A stretch of 64,000 nucleotides of DNA from Lytechinus pictus (Eukaryota): NCBI RefSeq assembly GCF_037042905.1, contig NC_087247.1:11354148-11418147 (forward strand). The letters are read 5' to 3'. The position numbers and the translations under genes were made by a program. The notes under the pieces were generated by a model. That model was not told the origin of the DNA. It saw nothing but the letters and a program-made list of their open reading frames with translations, and searched no databases. Within the stretch, counting starts at the first letter, position 1, and each line of letters begins with the position of its first letter. This document shows positions 23,804 through 36,859 of the stretch, in pieces.

Positions 23804-25843
23804 CATTCTGATGAAAGTACTACAAACTCTTTGTGTATCATATATTTTGTGATACGCCTGGGCCTCGTCTTTCGAAGAGTTGCGATATATTGAAATCAAG
23901 CTCGAACTGCGATTGACGTGAATGAAAATATGTCATGAAATTTATTCAAATGCATTTTAATTCAAGCAGTTTGAACTTAACATTTAGAGTTCATCCAATA
24001 TCACAATAATATCACTTTTTTTAAAACACCATTGATTATCCTTTACACATTCTTGGAACATACACTCTCCTAGCACAATTGATATGACGTGGAAAATATA
24101 ATATAATCTACATCAACAATCAATTATTCAAAATAATTGGTAAACTCTGCATTTATGGTTCCACAAAGACCACTATACCACTTTGAAAAAAATACAATTG
24201 GTTAACAGCTTGTAAATTAGACAGTTTGATGTGATTAACATGTACATGTAAGTAGGAAATAATGTCATCAGTGGAAGTAAAATGCAGGCAAAACATCCCC
24301 AATGTGATTTAGAGAGAAAACATTTTATCTGATTAATTCATAATGTTAGAAAAATGGCGAAATGGCATTACAATTCGCTCGGAGTCAGATAACGATCACC
24401 CTCCCCCAAAGACCTAAGGATATGCAGTAGGGCCACGGTTGTTGAACAAGTTATTTTTAACATGTGGCATAGGGATGGGGTTTGGGATTGGGTCCAAAAC
24501 ATCATGGAGGGAGCTTTCTACCTCCATGAATACATGTAGTGCAGTGCAGTACAATGTAGCTGGGAGGAAATCAGGAAATATCTTGGGGAAAAGATTATGT
24601 TACCGATTATCGGAGAGGCTGTGTGATTGAAGAGGTTGCTATGGAGACAGCATGCCTTTCAGGAGTGCTTTGTGAAGAGTCTTCTTGAGGGTGATATTTC
24701 ACCAACAAGCTTGCTCTCAGCCAATGAGATTTAAGGATTTCAGTAGCTTATAACATCAGGTTAATTCAGTTAATACCACTGAAAAGGTCCTGCATAAAAC
24801 ACTTCCCTGACCCCCCCCCCCCTTCCCTTTTATAATTCATGAAACAGAACATACGGAAAATGCTTTATCGGGTCTTACCATCCATACAATTAATCTGTAA
24901 ACAATAATCGGTTATTGGCCAATCATGTCTCTCCCAACATAACAATGTCACTGAAATGGACCAGCTATATCCCATCAACCATCCCAACTATCCAGACAAA
25001 ATAATACTCAATAGTACTGCTACAAGTGCAATGCTATCTAGTACAGTGACTACAGTCACACTTGTGAAATCAACACCAAACTGACAAAATACCCATCAAG
25101 CAACAGACCACTGGTTGGGTTGGAGTGTGACTGTACAGTGCGTCCCAGAAAAAAATGAAACTGAGATTAAGCCATGATTTATCATAACTTAATCACAAAT
25201 GCAATAGACAAATGACCTACCAATGTAAAGCTTAGAATCTCCTCTTTCACCTGATATTACATGTACTTAGATTATTCCTCATTCACGCAAGAGTGAGCAA
25301 AAACAATTTGAAGAAAGGATACCAAAAACTCCTTTGGCGGGGGGTATCTGAATTTTAAAAAGAAAATCACATGCCTAAAAAGTTCAATATCTGCTCTTTT
25401 ATTTGATACCTTAATCACAAAAATGGTCAAAAAGTAAAAAAAAAAGTTGTGTTCGCTCGAAACAATGCTTGTATTTCCATAATTTCATTAAATAAGCGTG
25501 TTTTCACCTGTTTCCCACAGAAGCTATTGCATGGTTAACAAGAGACTTAATAATGCATGGCTGATTGTCAACAAAACAGAGTGTCGAGTGAGTTTGAACG
25601 CTAGCCTGTAAAACCTCTTCATTTTATGAAATTATTGAAATTCAAGCCTTATTTCAAATAACCAGAACTTTGTTATTTCTTGACCATTTTCTGGAATTGA
25701 GGTATCAAATTAAAGAGCAGACCTATATTGAACTTTTTGAAAATGTGGTTTTCTTTTTGAAACCCAGATACAGCCCGCCGGATGACTTTTGGTATCCCCT
25801 TTTCAAATTGTTTTTGCTTTATGCATGGAAGCCTTAAGAAGCA

Positions 25844-25998
25844 GGGCCCCTGTTGCATAAAAGTTACGGTAACTTTGCATCCAATGGTAGTTACATGTAC
25901 CATGGTAACAATGGTCATCAGCCAATCAAAATCAAGGATTCCATGAAAGATACCGTTGGATGGCAAAGTTACCATAATGGTTCTTTTATGCAAGAGGG
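25844..25998. mobile_element. MITE GGGCCCCTGTTGCATAAAAGTTACGGTAACTTTGCA...GCAAAGTTACCATAATGGTTCTTTTATGCAAGAGGGCCC. It underlies the longest ORF in the window, which is therefore spurious.
   Basis: Near-perfect TIRs with the internal CAGCCAATCAAAATCAAGGATTCCATGAAAG core. Confidence 0.75.
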
Positions 25999-27100
25999 CC
26001 CAGAAGTAATATTGTGATTCAACATGTAGATAAGGGATAAGGTAATGAGCACAGGGAAGGGAGGGGGGGATGTCTAAATTTCTTTCAACCACCCCCCCCC
26101 CTGATGAGTCTGGTTTCAAGGGTGACCTTGGAGGTGTTTCAGGAAGCAATTTGTCAGTGATTGTCATTCATCCTTGTATCTGATTGGCTGAAAGCAACTT
26201 TGCCAATGAATTTCACCAAGAAAAGATGTTGGATGAAATGCTCCCTAATAACCAAGTTGAGTAGTACTTAGCAAACAACCTCCCCCCGCCCACTTTCCGT
26301 ACATGTATGTACAAGAATGCCTTGCCCTTTTTTTATTATCATTATGATTTTTTTGCATTTTGTGCTAATTTTTAATCATTCCAATCTTATAAATATGTAA
26401 TTATATGAATTTATTTCAATAAAATATAAAAAAGAGAGAATCATTTTGTAACACTTGAAGAGGACTTGATTCCGAATTATAACATTTTTGTATTTATGGC
26501 TCCCTTGAGAGGTAATTTTCTATGCAGATCCGACTGCATTTCTTTTCTCACAAATGGAGTCAAGACTATGCCTGCAGTAGGTGAGGCCTATTTGAGTCAA
26601 GGCCAAGTCAACTGCTATCCTATCGCCACAGGCAAAGTACTTGTAAATGACGCATTATTGGCAAGAGACTGAAACATTAACTGCCTGTTTCCATGGAAAC
26701 CGGAGGGTGGTTTAGTTAAACAGTGCAGGGAGTAGCTATGGCAATGGCAGTGACTGACATGCACTTTCTAACACTGTTCAATGGCACATGATTGCTGCAC
26801 AACAAAAACAAGTCCTCAATCAGCTCGTTCAAAAGACAAGGATTGAACAGAGGATAGGCGAGAGATGGAGCTATTTAGGTTAAGATCACGCTACTACACA
26901 ATCTTACAAAAAGTAGTAGAATGAGTTTTTAGTACATGTACACATACCTTGAGATCATGTTCAGTATATTACAATCAAGAACAAATGAAAGAAAAAAAAT
27001 GATATGAATCATCTGATAAATTAATATCCATTTGTGCTGGAAAATAGTAGGCTATAGTTGAACTTGAATAGATGCATTTCATTCAGAAAGCTCGACAGGA

Positions 27101-27275
27101 GGGTGTTTCATAAAGATGTTCGTAAGATACGAATGACTTTACGCACGACTGGTGATCCTTTCTTGTGCTATGTGGTATCCCTATGTAATTGAGTCATGAC
27201 CTAAGAACATGTTCCAGTCGTGCGTAAAGTCGTTTGTAACTTTACAAACAGCTTTATGAAACATCAACCAGGGCC
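27101..27275. mobile_element. MITE GGGTGTTTCATAAAGATGTTCGTAAG...CGTTTGTAACTTTACAAACAGCTTTATGAAACATCAACCAGGGCCC. Same family as 3760-3900, 2830-2895 and the nested 63510-63710.
   Basis: Shared internal ..ACGACTGGTGA.C.TTTCTT... / ..CCAGTCGT.C.TAAAGTCG.. inverted core. Confidence 0.7.
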
Positions 27276-27316
27276 CTATTGCTTAAAAGTTACCATAATA
27301 GTAAATTTCATGCAAG

Positions 27317-27769
27317 GCGGCCCAGATTTGAGAGCGAAGTTGGCTCAGTCGGTAACGCGTCTGCCCGTCGAACCAAAGATCGTGGGTTCGAGTCCACCCC
27401 GGGCGGATGACTGAAGCCAGTGCGTTGTGTGTAAACGTCTCTCCCATGTTTCATAGATGCAGGCTATGTTACAGTGGAAAACACTCCGTCCCTCGGATAG
27501 GACGTTAAATGGAGGCCCCGTGTAGAGGAGAATCACCACCTTTGCACGTTAAGAACCCACTGCACTATTCGAATAAGAGTAGGGGGAAACCCCGGTGTAG
27601 TGGTCCACCTGCATTCCCCCAGTTATCGAGAGGAGAGACCTGCGGGTCACAGTTCTGTGTGCGCGCCCTTGTAGGCGACCCAGATTTGCTGGCTCCTCCA
27701 ATGCGCCTTTGAATGTCTTTGACAGATACATGGCGCTATACAAATGCTGTGCATCATCATCATCATCCC
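27317..27769 (+). mobile_element. tRNA-derived SINE. The head has A-box/B-box-like GGCTCAGTCGGTAACGCG ... GTGGGTTCGAGTCCAC. The tail has ..TGGCGCTATACAAATGC followed by an (ATC)n microsatellite.
   Basis: Pol III box-like motifs are readable. The central region does not fold as a tRNA. The tail motif is shared with the SINEs at 59283-59500 and 7321-7475. Confidence 0.65.
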
Positions 27770-29765
27770 TCAGTAGGTCAGTCCAAGTAATTTTTTTCAG
27801 AACAGACTTTGCAAGCCAAATTTTGCATATATGTACTTTTGCATATATATGAAGTCAACAGATTTCTTTGTTAGAGATTTGAAAAAGGGGACTAACTTCT
27901 ATTTGTATCCCACATCCATATTGACAGGAACTCTGTCATGTACAAAACATTCATCCTCCAAAACAAAACAACAGGCCTCACAGTGGATGACGACAAATTA
28001 AAACACCTACGCACAACGTCAGCACTCTAATACATGATTGCATCATCAGAGATTAAGGCACACTGCCAGAAAAGAATGCTAATGAGGAGACTTCTCTCTT
28101 TTAAAAGAAGAAATCATAAAAAGGAGATTTGCAAGATGAATCAAACATTATTCATCCACATATCACGTTTATAGAAGAAAACAGAGCAAACAACATTGTA
28201 AAATGTTAGGAAATTCTAACAATCGATAATTTAAAAGCTTAATTTTATCAAAAGTAGTGATTTGCATATTGCATTAGCGCTGATGGTCTGCACCACTCCA
28301 ATATGCTATGTGCAAAATATGAACTGAGCAATTATATTTCAAATTATTCAACAATGGGGATTGTTTTGTGAAAGTAAGCGAAACTTTAAAATGTCATAAC
28401 TTTCTTATTTTACACTGTGACATCCGATTTTGATGAAATTTTCAGTGTTTTGCTTGTTGGATTTTTCTCCTTTTATTCAAATCAACTTTTTGTTGGGGTG
28501 GACTTGTCCTTTAATAAAGAAACAAGTAACTCCAGGCGAGCAAAGGAAGGTGGTGTGTTATTTCATAAACGCCGTGGCCAAGAGAGCGATCCCCAATCAA
28601 GCAGAGATATCGATAACATTAACAACTTAACAATTGACAACAATCATCATAATCGTTTTATGATGGTGATGGTGAGAAGTGTATGTGGCCCCAAATTTTG
28701 GCAATGTGAAATACTTGTATTTGAAAGACATTGGCCAGCCATGATCTTTATCTCGATGGAAAAGGGGTTATGAAAGCTAAATGAAAGTAGTTGCAGTAAA
28801 ACACTGATTTCATGAGAAAGTCTGTAAAACCAAGGTTAAGTATCACTTTATTATCGTGGATCTAGATCTGGTACAGTTACATAAACTGAACTTTGTGAAA
28901 TCATAAAATCTAAGCTGACAAACGATCACACTGAAGATCGCCAACACAGATAGGCACACGTGGGACAGTGTACATTATTATTGCTGGAATAAAGACCAAT
29001 AAAGACCCGACGGAGGTGCCCGAATACACGCTTATTTTACTTATTTCTTCCAGAATCCTTTGGCACATATTTTTCATTCATACAAACAGAAACATCGTTA
29101 CCACAACTGGCATTCATCTTTAATGACAACCACATCACTTACCAGGGAGATAAAGTGGTTTCTCTCTCTCTCTTTCTCTCCATCTCTCTAAAGTAGTTTG
29201 CAAGTGTACAGATACAGACTTGTGTGAAACATTATAGTTTGATAGTGCCTGAAAACTGAACCCACAATTCCTCGCTAAAAACGAAAGAGAAACTACACGC
29301 ATAAAACAGAGGGGTCGAGACCAAAAAAAGGAACATAAAACAAACTATTAGCAAAACCAAACAACAAATAAACAAAGCGATGAAAAGAATTACAATCAAT
29401 GACAATTGCCCAATTTGACACCTAACCCTGAATTCTCAACATTGCAAACTAAAATGTGAACATTTGACTTGGGGGAATTCCCTTTTAAACTCATGCAGTG
29501 GTATGCTGACAATTAAACCTTAGTCTACACTAGAATTTTAAACCGCACTTTTACGGAATGCTGGGATTCATAATATTTTCCCATATTCATTGCAATTATA
29601 ATGTATCGATTAACTCATCAAAATTCATCATATTTTTCCATTTTCCCATTCTACCAATTTCAGGACTCATCAATTTATTATTTTTTAAAACTTTATACAG
29701 CAGGATAAGAGAAATACCACTCATGGAACGTTTCAAGAGCCTTAGGCAAGGAAAACGACTTTGGA

Positions 29766-30247
29766 CACTAAAGGTGGTTTCAAACCGCCTCAATCATAAG
29801 AATCCCCATTAAATTACGAGAACTTTTTAGGCTAAAAAATACCCATTAATTATTCCTGCATTCACACCGCCCCGAAACAAACCCTTTGGGATAAGTTCCT
29901 GAAGTTACGAGCATGCGCAGTATGGTCTAATAAGCAAGCGAGGCGCGATATTCAAAATCACTAGCTCAGCAGCCACCCAAGGCCCCGCGCCCAACTACGA
30001 GCTGGGCTAAAAGTTCCAGTGAATTGCTTTCACATTGCCAAAATACCTGCGACCTTGGAAAAATCCCCGTGAAAGTTCTCGTAATTTTGACAAGTACCTA
30101 CTATTTAGTGGGTATTTTCTTTCGGGGAGATTACGCATAATTTGCTTTCACTTTGCCAATATTACCTGGTATTTTCTGATCAGGGTAAATTTCTCGATCA
30201 GAAAATACCTGGAACTGACGAACATCGAGGCGGTCTGAAACCACCTT
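29766..30247. mobile_element. ~480-bp MITE with TIR AGGTGGTTTCAAACCGCCTC / GAGGCGGTCTGAAACCACCT. It has internal TTACGAG reiterations and a TAA target duplication.
   Basis: ..gacacTAA[aggtggtttcaaaccgcctcaatc......cgaggcggtctgaaaccacct]TAAgaaagg. Confidence 0.65.
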
Positions 30248-32559
30248 AAGAAAGGGTTCTCTTCCTGTTACGGAGTGTCTGGGGAGAGTAGACTACATAG
30301 TATGGTTTCCTCACTGTTTCCAACACTTTGTTTTTGTGAGTCATCTTTTGACGCAAAATCCCCCTTTTCCTGTTTTTCTGCATGCATGGTGGTCAAACCC
30401 ATTTACGCAGCGGGGGAAACGTCAATTTGTAAAAGCCCACGACTGGGTGATATTTGTTTATTGTTTTTTCCTGTGACAGTTAAAGGCAATATAACCATAT
30501 TGAATGGCATCAGAGTGATCGAGTCCTGGGCCCAGTCTTACAAAGAGTTACGATTGATCCGATCAACCTCAACTATACGGAAATTTAGTCTACAGGAAAT
30601 TTGTAAAATGTCCTTTGTAAACAAAGAGAAGCAAAATGAATTATAAAGAAAATGATGGATGTATGAAAATATGTCATACCTAAAATATATTTTTAACAAA
30701 CGGTCATTTTATATGTTGGCGTTGCTGGCCATCCATAGTTGTGATTCATCAAATCAATTGCAACTCTTTGTAAGACAGGGCTCCATTTCATAAAACTTAT
30801 AACAAATTTACAGTAAGTTAAATGCTACTGAAATCCTTCAATCTGATTGGCTGATGGTAAATTTGTTATAGAAATTAGACATTTGTTATCATAACAGGTC
30901 TTTATGCAACGGGACTTTGAACTGCTTAAATGGTTCCTGATTCTTTACCCAGAATGCAATGTGTTTATTATGCACATTTTATAGCAGATCTCTCCCAACC
31001 CATGTGCCTGGTAAATTGAGATGGTTTTCAACCCCCCCCCCCCCAAAAAAAAAAAAGCAGGAGTGTAGTACAGTATTTCCAAAAGGATTGTACAATGAAG
31101 TTATCAAGCAAAATCAGAAAATTCTATTGAAACAACACCTAATTCATATTCTAGACTCCAAATTCAGAACTGTTGAGGAATCAGGAACCTGTTTCATAAA
31201 GACCTGTTATAATAACAAGTGCATAATTTCTGTTAACAAGGATGCTATCAGCCAATCAAATTGAATGATTTCAGTAGCTTTAAACTGCTATTGTAAATTT
31301 GTTATTATAATCAAAACAAGTTTTATGAAACAGGTCCCTGATTGACTTTTACTAAGAATGACCCCCTGCCCCTCCCCCCTCTGCCTTCTCAAAGAGCACG
31401 GAGCATTTCTATCAAATAGAAAATGGTGCTAGAAAAGAAATAGCATATATCATCATTACCATTATCATTATCATATCACACTTGTCATTGTTCATACAAT
31501 AGATATTGTGCTCCAGAATAATAGGATCACACACAGACTTCGAACATTCTAATTTTTCAATAAAAAAGGAATAAATGGACATCAAATTTCATCAAAACCA
31601 AACTTTTCAACTGTTTTATCAAGATGAAGCTGTTAATCCAACAGTAAATGACACTTCACTGTTGTGAATCCTAAAGGGATATATCATCTTTGCAGTGTTT
31701 TAGTTTGGATTCCATGTACAGTACATGTAGACCAAAAATTATCTGCACTATATCATGCTCATCGTTCATTTCAAAACGTCAATATATTTGAAGACTGCAA
31801 TATTTCTCAAATCAAACCACGTTTCATCACACTGCACCAGCTACAACGCAAGCTGTAACGAAGGTCTGGCGAATCTTGCAGCCTTGCGAGCGAAAGCTTA
31901 CCCCAAAAAACCAGGTAATTCTATTGTGAAAAAGAAAGTTTTCTCAAGTATATGTACACCTTTGTATTCTTTTCAACATTTCCATGTTTAGGGGATAAAC
32001 CCAAGTACATTCATGCACAGCTCAACTATGAATTAGACAAGTTCTGTCTGTAGTCGTTACATACTCAGACCTGCCAACCTCTGAGAATGAAAAACTGTAT
32101 TCTGTGATAAAAAAACTGTATTTTACCCAAAAAAAGTGTATTTCATAATAAAATGCTTGGCGCACTCGCTCATCGCGGCGCTCAAGCTGCATGCAAGCTA
32201 AAATGCGCACTGCTCTTGCAGATGAAAAAAAAAACATCAAAACATATGTATATCTTCACCCTGACTTGAACAAAATGATTGAAAAAAAAAACAAGTTACC
32301 TGAAATTACATTGATCTAATAACCATATTTGTGCACATTTTATGAAATAGAGACATATAGAGATTATTTTTCTCAATAAATTACGATTTAGTTTAAAAAA
32401 ATATTTTATTATTATTATTATTTTTTTATTTATTTTTTTTACAAAAAAACATATTTTTCAAAGGAAAAAACGTACTGCCGTATTTTGGTTGCAAAAACGT
32501 ACTAAATACGGCTAAAACGTACTGGTTGGCAGGTCTGCATACTGTGAGTCAATAAACAA

Positions 32560-34030
32560 AACAAAATAAATGGAAAAAAAAAGTTCTGCACACGATCATT
32601 ATGACCAGGCCTAGCTCAATGCAACAAAGAGAAAACACAACATGGGAGAAAAATTCAACAACACTATAAAGAGAAAAGTTCTGCATGCAATATTAAAGGT
32701 TGTTTACACTGATGATAGCCAAACATGAAATGGAAGATAATTCAATGTCATTATATGGAGCAAAGTTCTGCATGCAATCATAGTACAATAAAAAACATAA
32801 AGTGAGAGCTCAACTGTAAATAGAAACCTCCTACATGCAATATTGATAGTGGATTGGTGGAACACCCAGAAAACATAAAATGGAAAATACTCGATGTTAT
32901 TAATACTGTATATGGAGCAAAGTTCTGCATGCAATCATAATAACCAGGTTTTGGTCAAGTACAACATAAAGAGAAAACATAGAATAAGAGCTTAAGTGTA
33001 TTTAGATCAAAACCTTCTACATGCAATATCAATAGTGGATGACTGAAAATAGCCAGAAAACACAAGAAAATTCATATTAGAAGCAAAGTTCTACATGCAA
33101 TCACAATAACCAGGTTTTGGTCAAATAAAACATAGAATAAGAGCTTAACCCTAAAAGAGCCGGGTTATTTGGACACATCTCACAGCCGGGGAAGGGTGGA
33201 TTCTGCCCCCCCCCCCCCCCCGAGATCTCGGCGTTCGATCGCGCCAGTGCCGCGAAAATTTGCAGTGGTAGTGTGTGATATAATCTACAAGGCTGTATGG
33301 TTAATTTTTTGGAAATAATAAGATTTTTAATTTCATGAATTAATTATGCTAATTTATTCATTAACATTTGCTCTAATCAACTATTATACTGCCTAAAAAC
33401 TGCTAATTTGTTATTCACAGACTCTTTGGAGGATCCTGATCAAATGTACTTCAAAAAAAATTTGGTATCACAATTTTTTTCTTATGTATTTTATTGTGTT
33501 TAAATTTCTTTGTTTTTCAACTTTTTTGTTTTTATTGTTTTTTCGATGGAAATTGTTGCAGACTTAATTTTGAATAACAAACAAGACAAAAATTATCCAA
33601 TTTAATCAGTAAAAGTAGAAATAATGATACGTTTATGAATTTTGGCTAAATACACAATTTGCATTGGATTTGTACATGAATTCACGTTTTTGAGCAGTTT
33701 TGGGTCTGACATGCACTTACATAATGTTAAGTAATTTTGTAATCGTGTACCCGGGCATCACAAATTTGGTCTCAAAAGTTGCGCGAGATTTGAAAGTAAA
33801 AAGTCAGCGGCAGGGTTGAAAAATTTCACGCGGCGGATTTATCGTAAAAATGTAGATGGGGGGGGGAAGGAATCTGCCCCAGGCCTTTTAGGGTTAAGTG
33901 TAGATCAAAACCTTCTACATGCAATATCAATAGTTGATTACTGACAATAGCCAGAAAACACAACATAATTCAATGTTATTATTTGGAGCAAAGTTCTGCA
34001 TGCAATCATTAAAACCAGGCATGGCTTCTT
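32560..34030 (+). repeat. Tandem array of ~150-bp units (..agcaaagttctgcatgcaatcat...ccttctacatgcaatatcaatagtgga..), split by the piggyBac-like insertion.
   Basis: At least six reiterations of ..aagttctgcatgcaat.. / ..ctacatgcaatat.. are visible on both sides of 33149-33893. Confidence 0.8.
33149..33893. mobile_element. piggyBac-like non-autonomous element (~745 bp). Termini are CCCTAAAAG..../....CCTTTTAGGG. It is flanked by a duplicated TTAA and inserted into a 150-bp tandem repeat.
   Basis: ..gagcTTAA[CCCTAAAAGAGCCGGG...GGGGCAGATTC... ...GAATCTGCCCCAGGCCTTTTAGGG]TTAAgtgtagatc.. The uninterrupted repeat units read ..gagcttaagtgtatttagatc.. with a single TTAA. Confidence 0.7.
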
Positions 34031-35597
34031 TGAAACAAAGAAAGAGATACATGTAGCAATAAATGGGAGAATATTGGTGAGTTTTAGAATGAGTGAACGA
34101 GAACGACGTATCAGTCCACTGATCTGGTGTGTCAACGTAGTCGTCTGTCTATTTTCACTACAGATATGCATATTTAAGATTTTGCTCGACGTGTACGTAC
34201 GTCCACATGAAACTGTGTGATAGCGAGCGGGTCATGACATGCTGACCAACCCGGAAGATCTGGCGTACCATCACGTCACGACCCGGTCGGCTGATGCGAA
34301 GGTGCAACTTATGCACACTTGCTTTGATTCCTTTTTACCGGAGTTAGGAGATATAGCGATACAAATTTTGGAGTTCAGAAAATAATTTCAAATATGATAA
34401 ACATAATGCATCGTGCAACTTACATTAATTTTGTGTAAATTCACTGAAAACTGTGTTTTATAGGGCAATGATCCATTACAATTGATCTTCATGCTGAGCT
34501 TGAGCGGTTGAAATGACGTCACTCACGTGCACGTCGACCATAATTTAGGAGAACAGCAGAATGCAGGTGGCGAGGCCAAAAAATTACTCAACTATAGGGA
34601 AATAAGTTCCGCAATGGTGTTCATTATAACTAGACGTGGCTCAATGAAACAGACAGAACACATGCAATGGGAGATAATCTTGATTTCTGCATTAAAAAAC
34701 AACAAAAACAAATGAGAAGGGAGAAACTTACTTGTTTGCCACAGTATGTACAGCTGATATTGTCGAAGACCCTGCCTTGTGTTCTAGCCCAACAGCACAC
34801 TGCACAAGAAAGATAAAACACAAGTGCATTAAAGGGACTGGTTAATATCAATTTGACTAATTATAAAAAAAACCTGTGCTGCAAGGGACTTAAGGCATTT
34901 CTTTTTTCCAGTCCAGAGTTTTAGGATTGCAAATTTCATTTTATACTTGATGTGTGTTCTTTTTGTTGTTGTTTGCGCTTTGGGCCATTTTGGGAAAAGC
35001 ACAGTACATAAATAATATTAAGGTACCAATTGTCACCTCCTCTATGATATGTTATAAAATTAATGTCCTGATAAAATAGCCTCAAAAATAATTATTTAGT
35101 GCTATGTAATTAAAAAAACTAGAGTGACCACAAACACCATCCCAATTTTATTCCATGTATGTGTTACAATTTGTATCCCCAGGGGGACAACTTAGATGAC
35201 GATATTCCAGTCACAGATCTCTTAAAAGTGCATGAATTTGATTTTTTTTTCCTTCCCAGGTATTTTAATTATCAGTATAAAAAATGTTAAATATAATGCA
35301 CATTAAAGTTTGGGATTTTAGACCTTTGTACTATTATTAATGCTACCTTAAGTATTTGGATTTACGTAAAGAAAATTAGAGACAAAACAACACCCCCCCC
35401 CCCCCTCCTCCCCAAAAAACCCAGTCATCCATAATGCTCATCTTATATAAAGGGACTGAGCCATATACATAGTGGTTTTCTTTATTACTGATTAATTTTT
35501 GTTAGCCAGTGATTATGTTAATTTTGGTGCAAACAAGTTTCACAGGAAAATGAAAGTATAAAGTTAATAGTAACATTATATGAGATTAATTGGAGAG

Positions 35598-35878
35598 TAC
35601 TACTGGGTCCTGTCTTTCAAAGAGTTGCGATTGATCCGATCGACCACAACTATGAAAAGCCAACAACGTCCACATGTAAAATGTATGATTGTTCGAAATT
35701 TTTTCTAGATATCCTGTATATCCATGCATACTTTGTTTTCTTGAAAATTTTTGTATGCTTCTCTACAGAGGACATTGTGAAAATTTCCTGTAGAGAAAAA
35801 TGTGACAATGATGATGTTCCACATGGTTTTAGTCGATCGGATCAATCTTGACTCGATCTTTGTAAGACGGGGCCTACA
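35598..35878. mobile_element. MITE GGGTCCTGTCTTTCAAAGAGTTGCGATTGATCCGATCGACCACAACTATG...GTCGATCGGATCAATCTTGACTCGATCTTTGTAAGACGGGGCC. Related partial copies lie at 2690-2760 and 30525-30600.
   Basis: Inverted termini are visible. The same 60-bp terminus occurs at three loci. Confidence 0.7.
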
Positions 35879-36366
35879 AATGTTGGTGTATGAACCAAAC
35901 GACAGATCATCAAGAGGAAGTCTTTACTCTAGACTACTGTAGATCACCAAAGTCTTGTTTCCGTAGTTCATACTACTGGTCATGCACTGCACCGGGGAAA
36001 TACCATGCTATGACTGAGTCATACTTCTGTGTACAATATGTGTGGGTTCCCATGCATACAGCAACTTGTATGGGTTTTTTTTTCAGTTAACTGCTATACA
36101 GTGACTTTAGTCTGCTTGCAAACCCTTCGCTCAAGTTAAGGGGTCTGAATAAGCAGCCTACAGTGACTCGTGTACTGAAGGCCAAATTGAAACAGCAAGC
36201 TTTATATGTGATAGTCTTGTGTGACTACCCTCTTGTTGATCAAAGTTCAATCAGGGTCTGTGCCTGAAGACTAGTGACACAGGGGTTCAACAAAATGTTG
36301 AAACATGCATTCCATCAGGAACTTTATAGAAAGCACATCCTCACAAAAGCAATATATCATTCTACG

Positions 36367-36723
36367 GGGTTCCCAGCTTTTCAAGAAAACAAAATTCCCT
36401 GATGAAGTTTAACTATTCCCTGATAATTACCCATTCCCAGTTTCGCATGTTTTCTAGTGTATTTTCAGTATAATAACAATAATGTAAAACTAATTAGTAC
36501 CACCATAACCTGTCATTCAATGGACGTTGCTCTGATATGCAACAAAATATAACAGAGTCTGTGCTTTCGACTTTTGGGCTGATAAAAATTCCCTGATTTT
36601 TCCCTCATTTGAGGCATTTTCCCCTGATATGAGGTATTTTTGATCAAATTCCCTGAATTTTCCCTGACTGGAAAAAAAGTAAAATAATTTTCCCCGATTT
36701 CCCTGATGGGCTGGGAACCCTGT
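36367..36723. mobile_element. MITE with TIR GGGTTCCCAGC...GCTGGGAACCCTG and internal TTCCCTGAT reiterations. A related copy lies at 53100-53235.
   Basis: ggggttcccagcttttcaagaaaacaaaattccctgat ... ttccctgatgggctgggaaccctg. The second locus shares cccctgattattcctgatgggctgggaaccctg. Confidence 0.65.
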
Positions 36724-36859
36724 TCTAAGACCAATCAAGTCATTTTATATATTGGAACAGATGCGTAGTCAATATACTACATTATATCCTACATAGATTG
36801 AATCCTGTATAGTGATTGGTTCAAATAGCATCATGTGACCGAATATATTTCAACTATGA

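Noticed and set aside
25673-26167. Longest ORF in the window (164 aa, minus strand)
   Set aside because: It runs straight through a MITE (25844-25998) and its flanks. It has no homology-like motifs, no splice context and low-complexity ends. It is a spurious ORF.
30275-30646. 123-aa plus-strand ORF
   Set aside because: Its 3' half is a copy of the GGGTCCTG..CAAAGAGTTACGATTGATCCGATC MITE terminus (30525-30600). Composition and context indicate non-coding repeat DNA.
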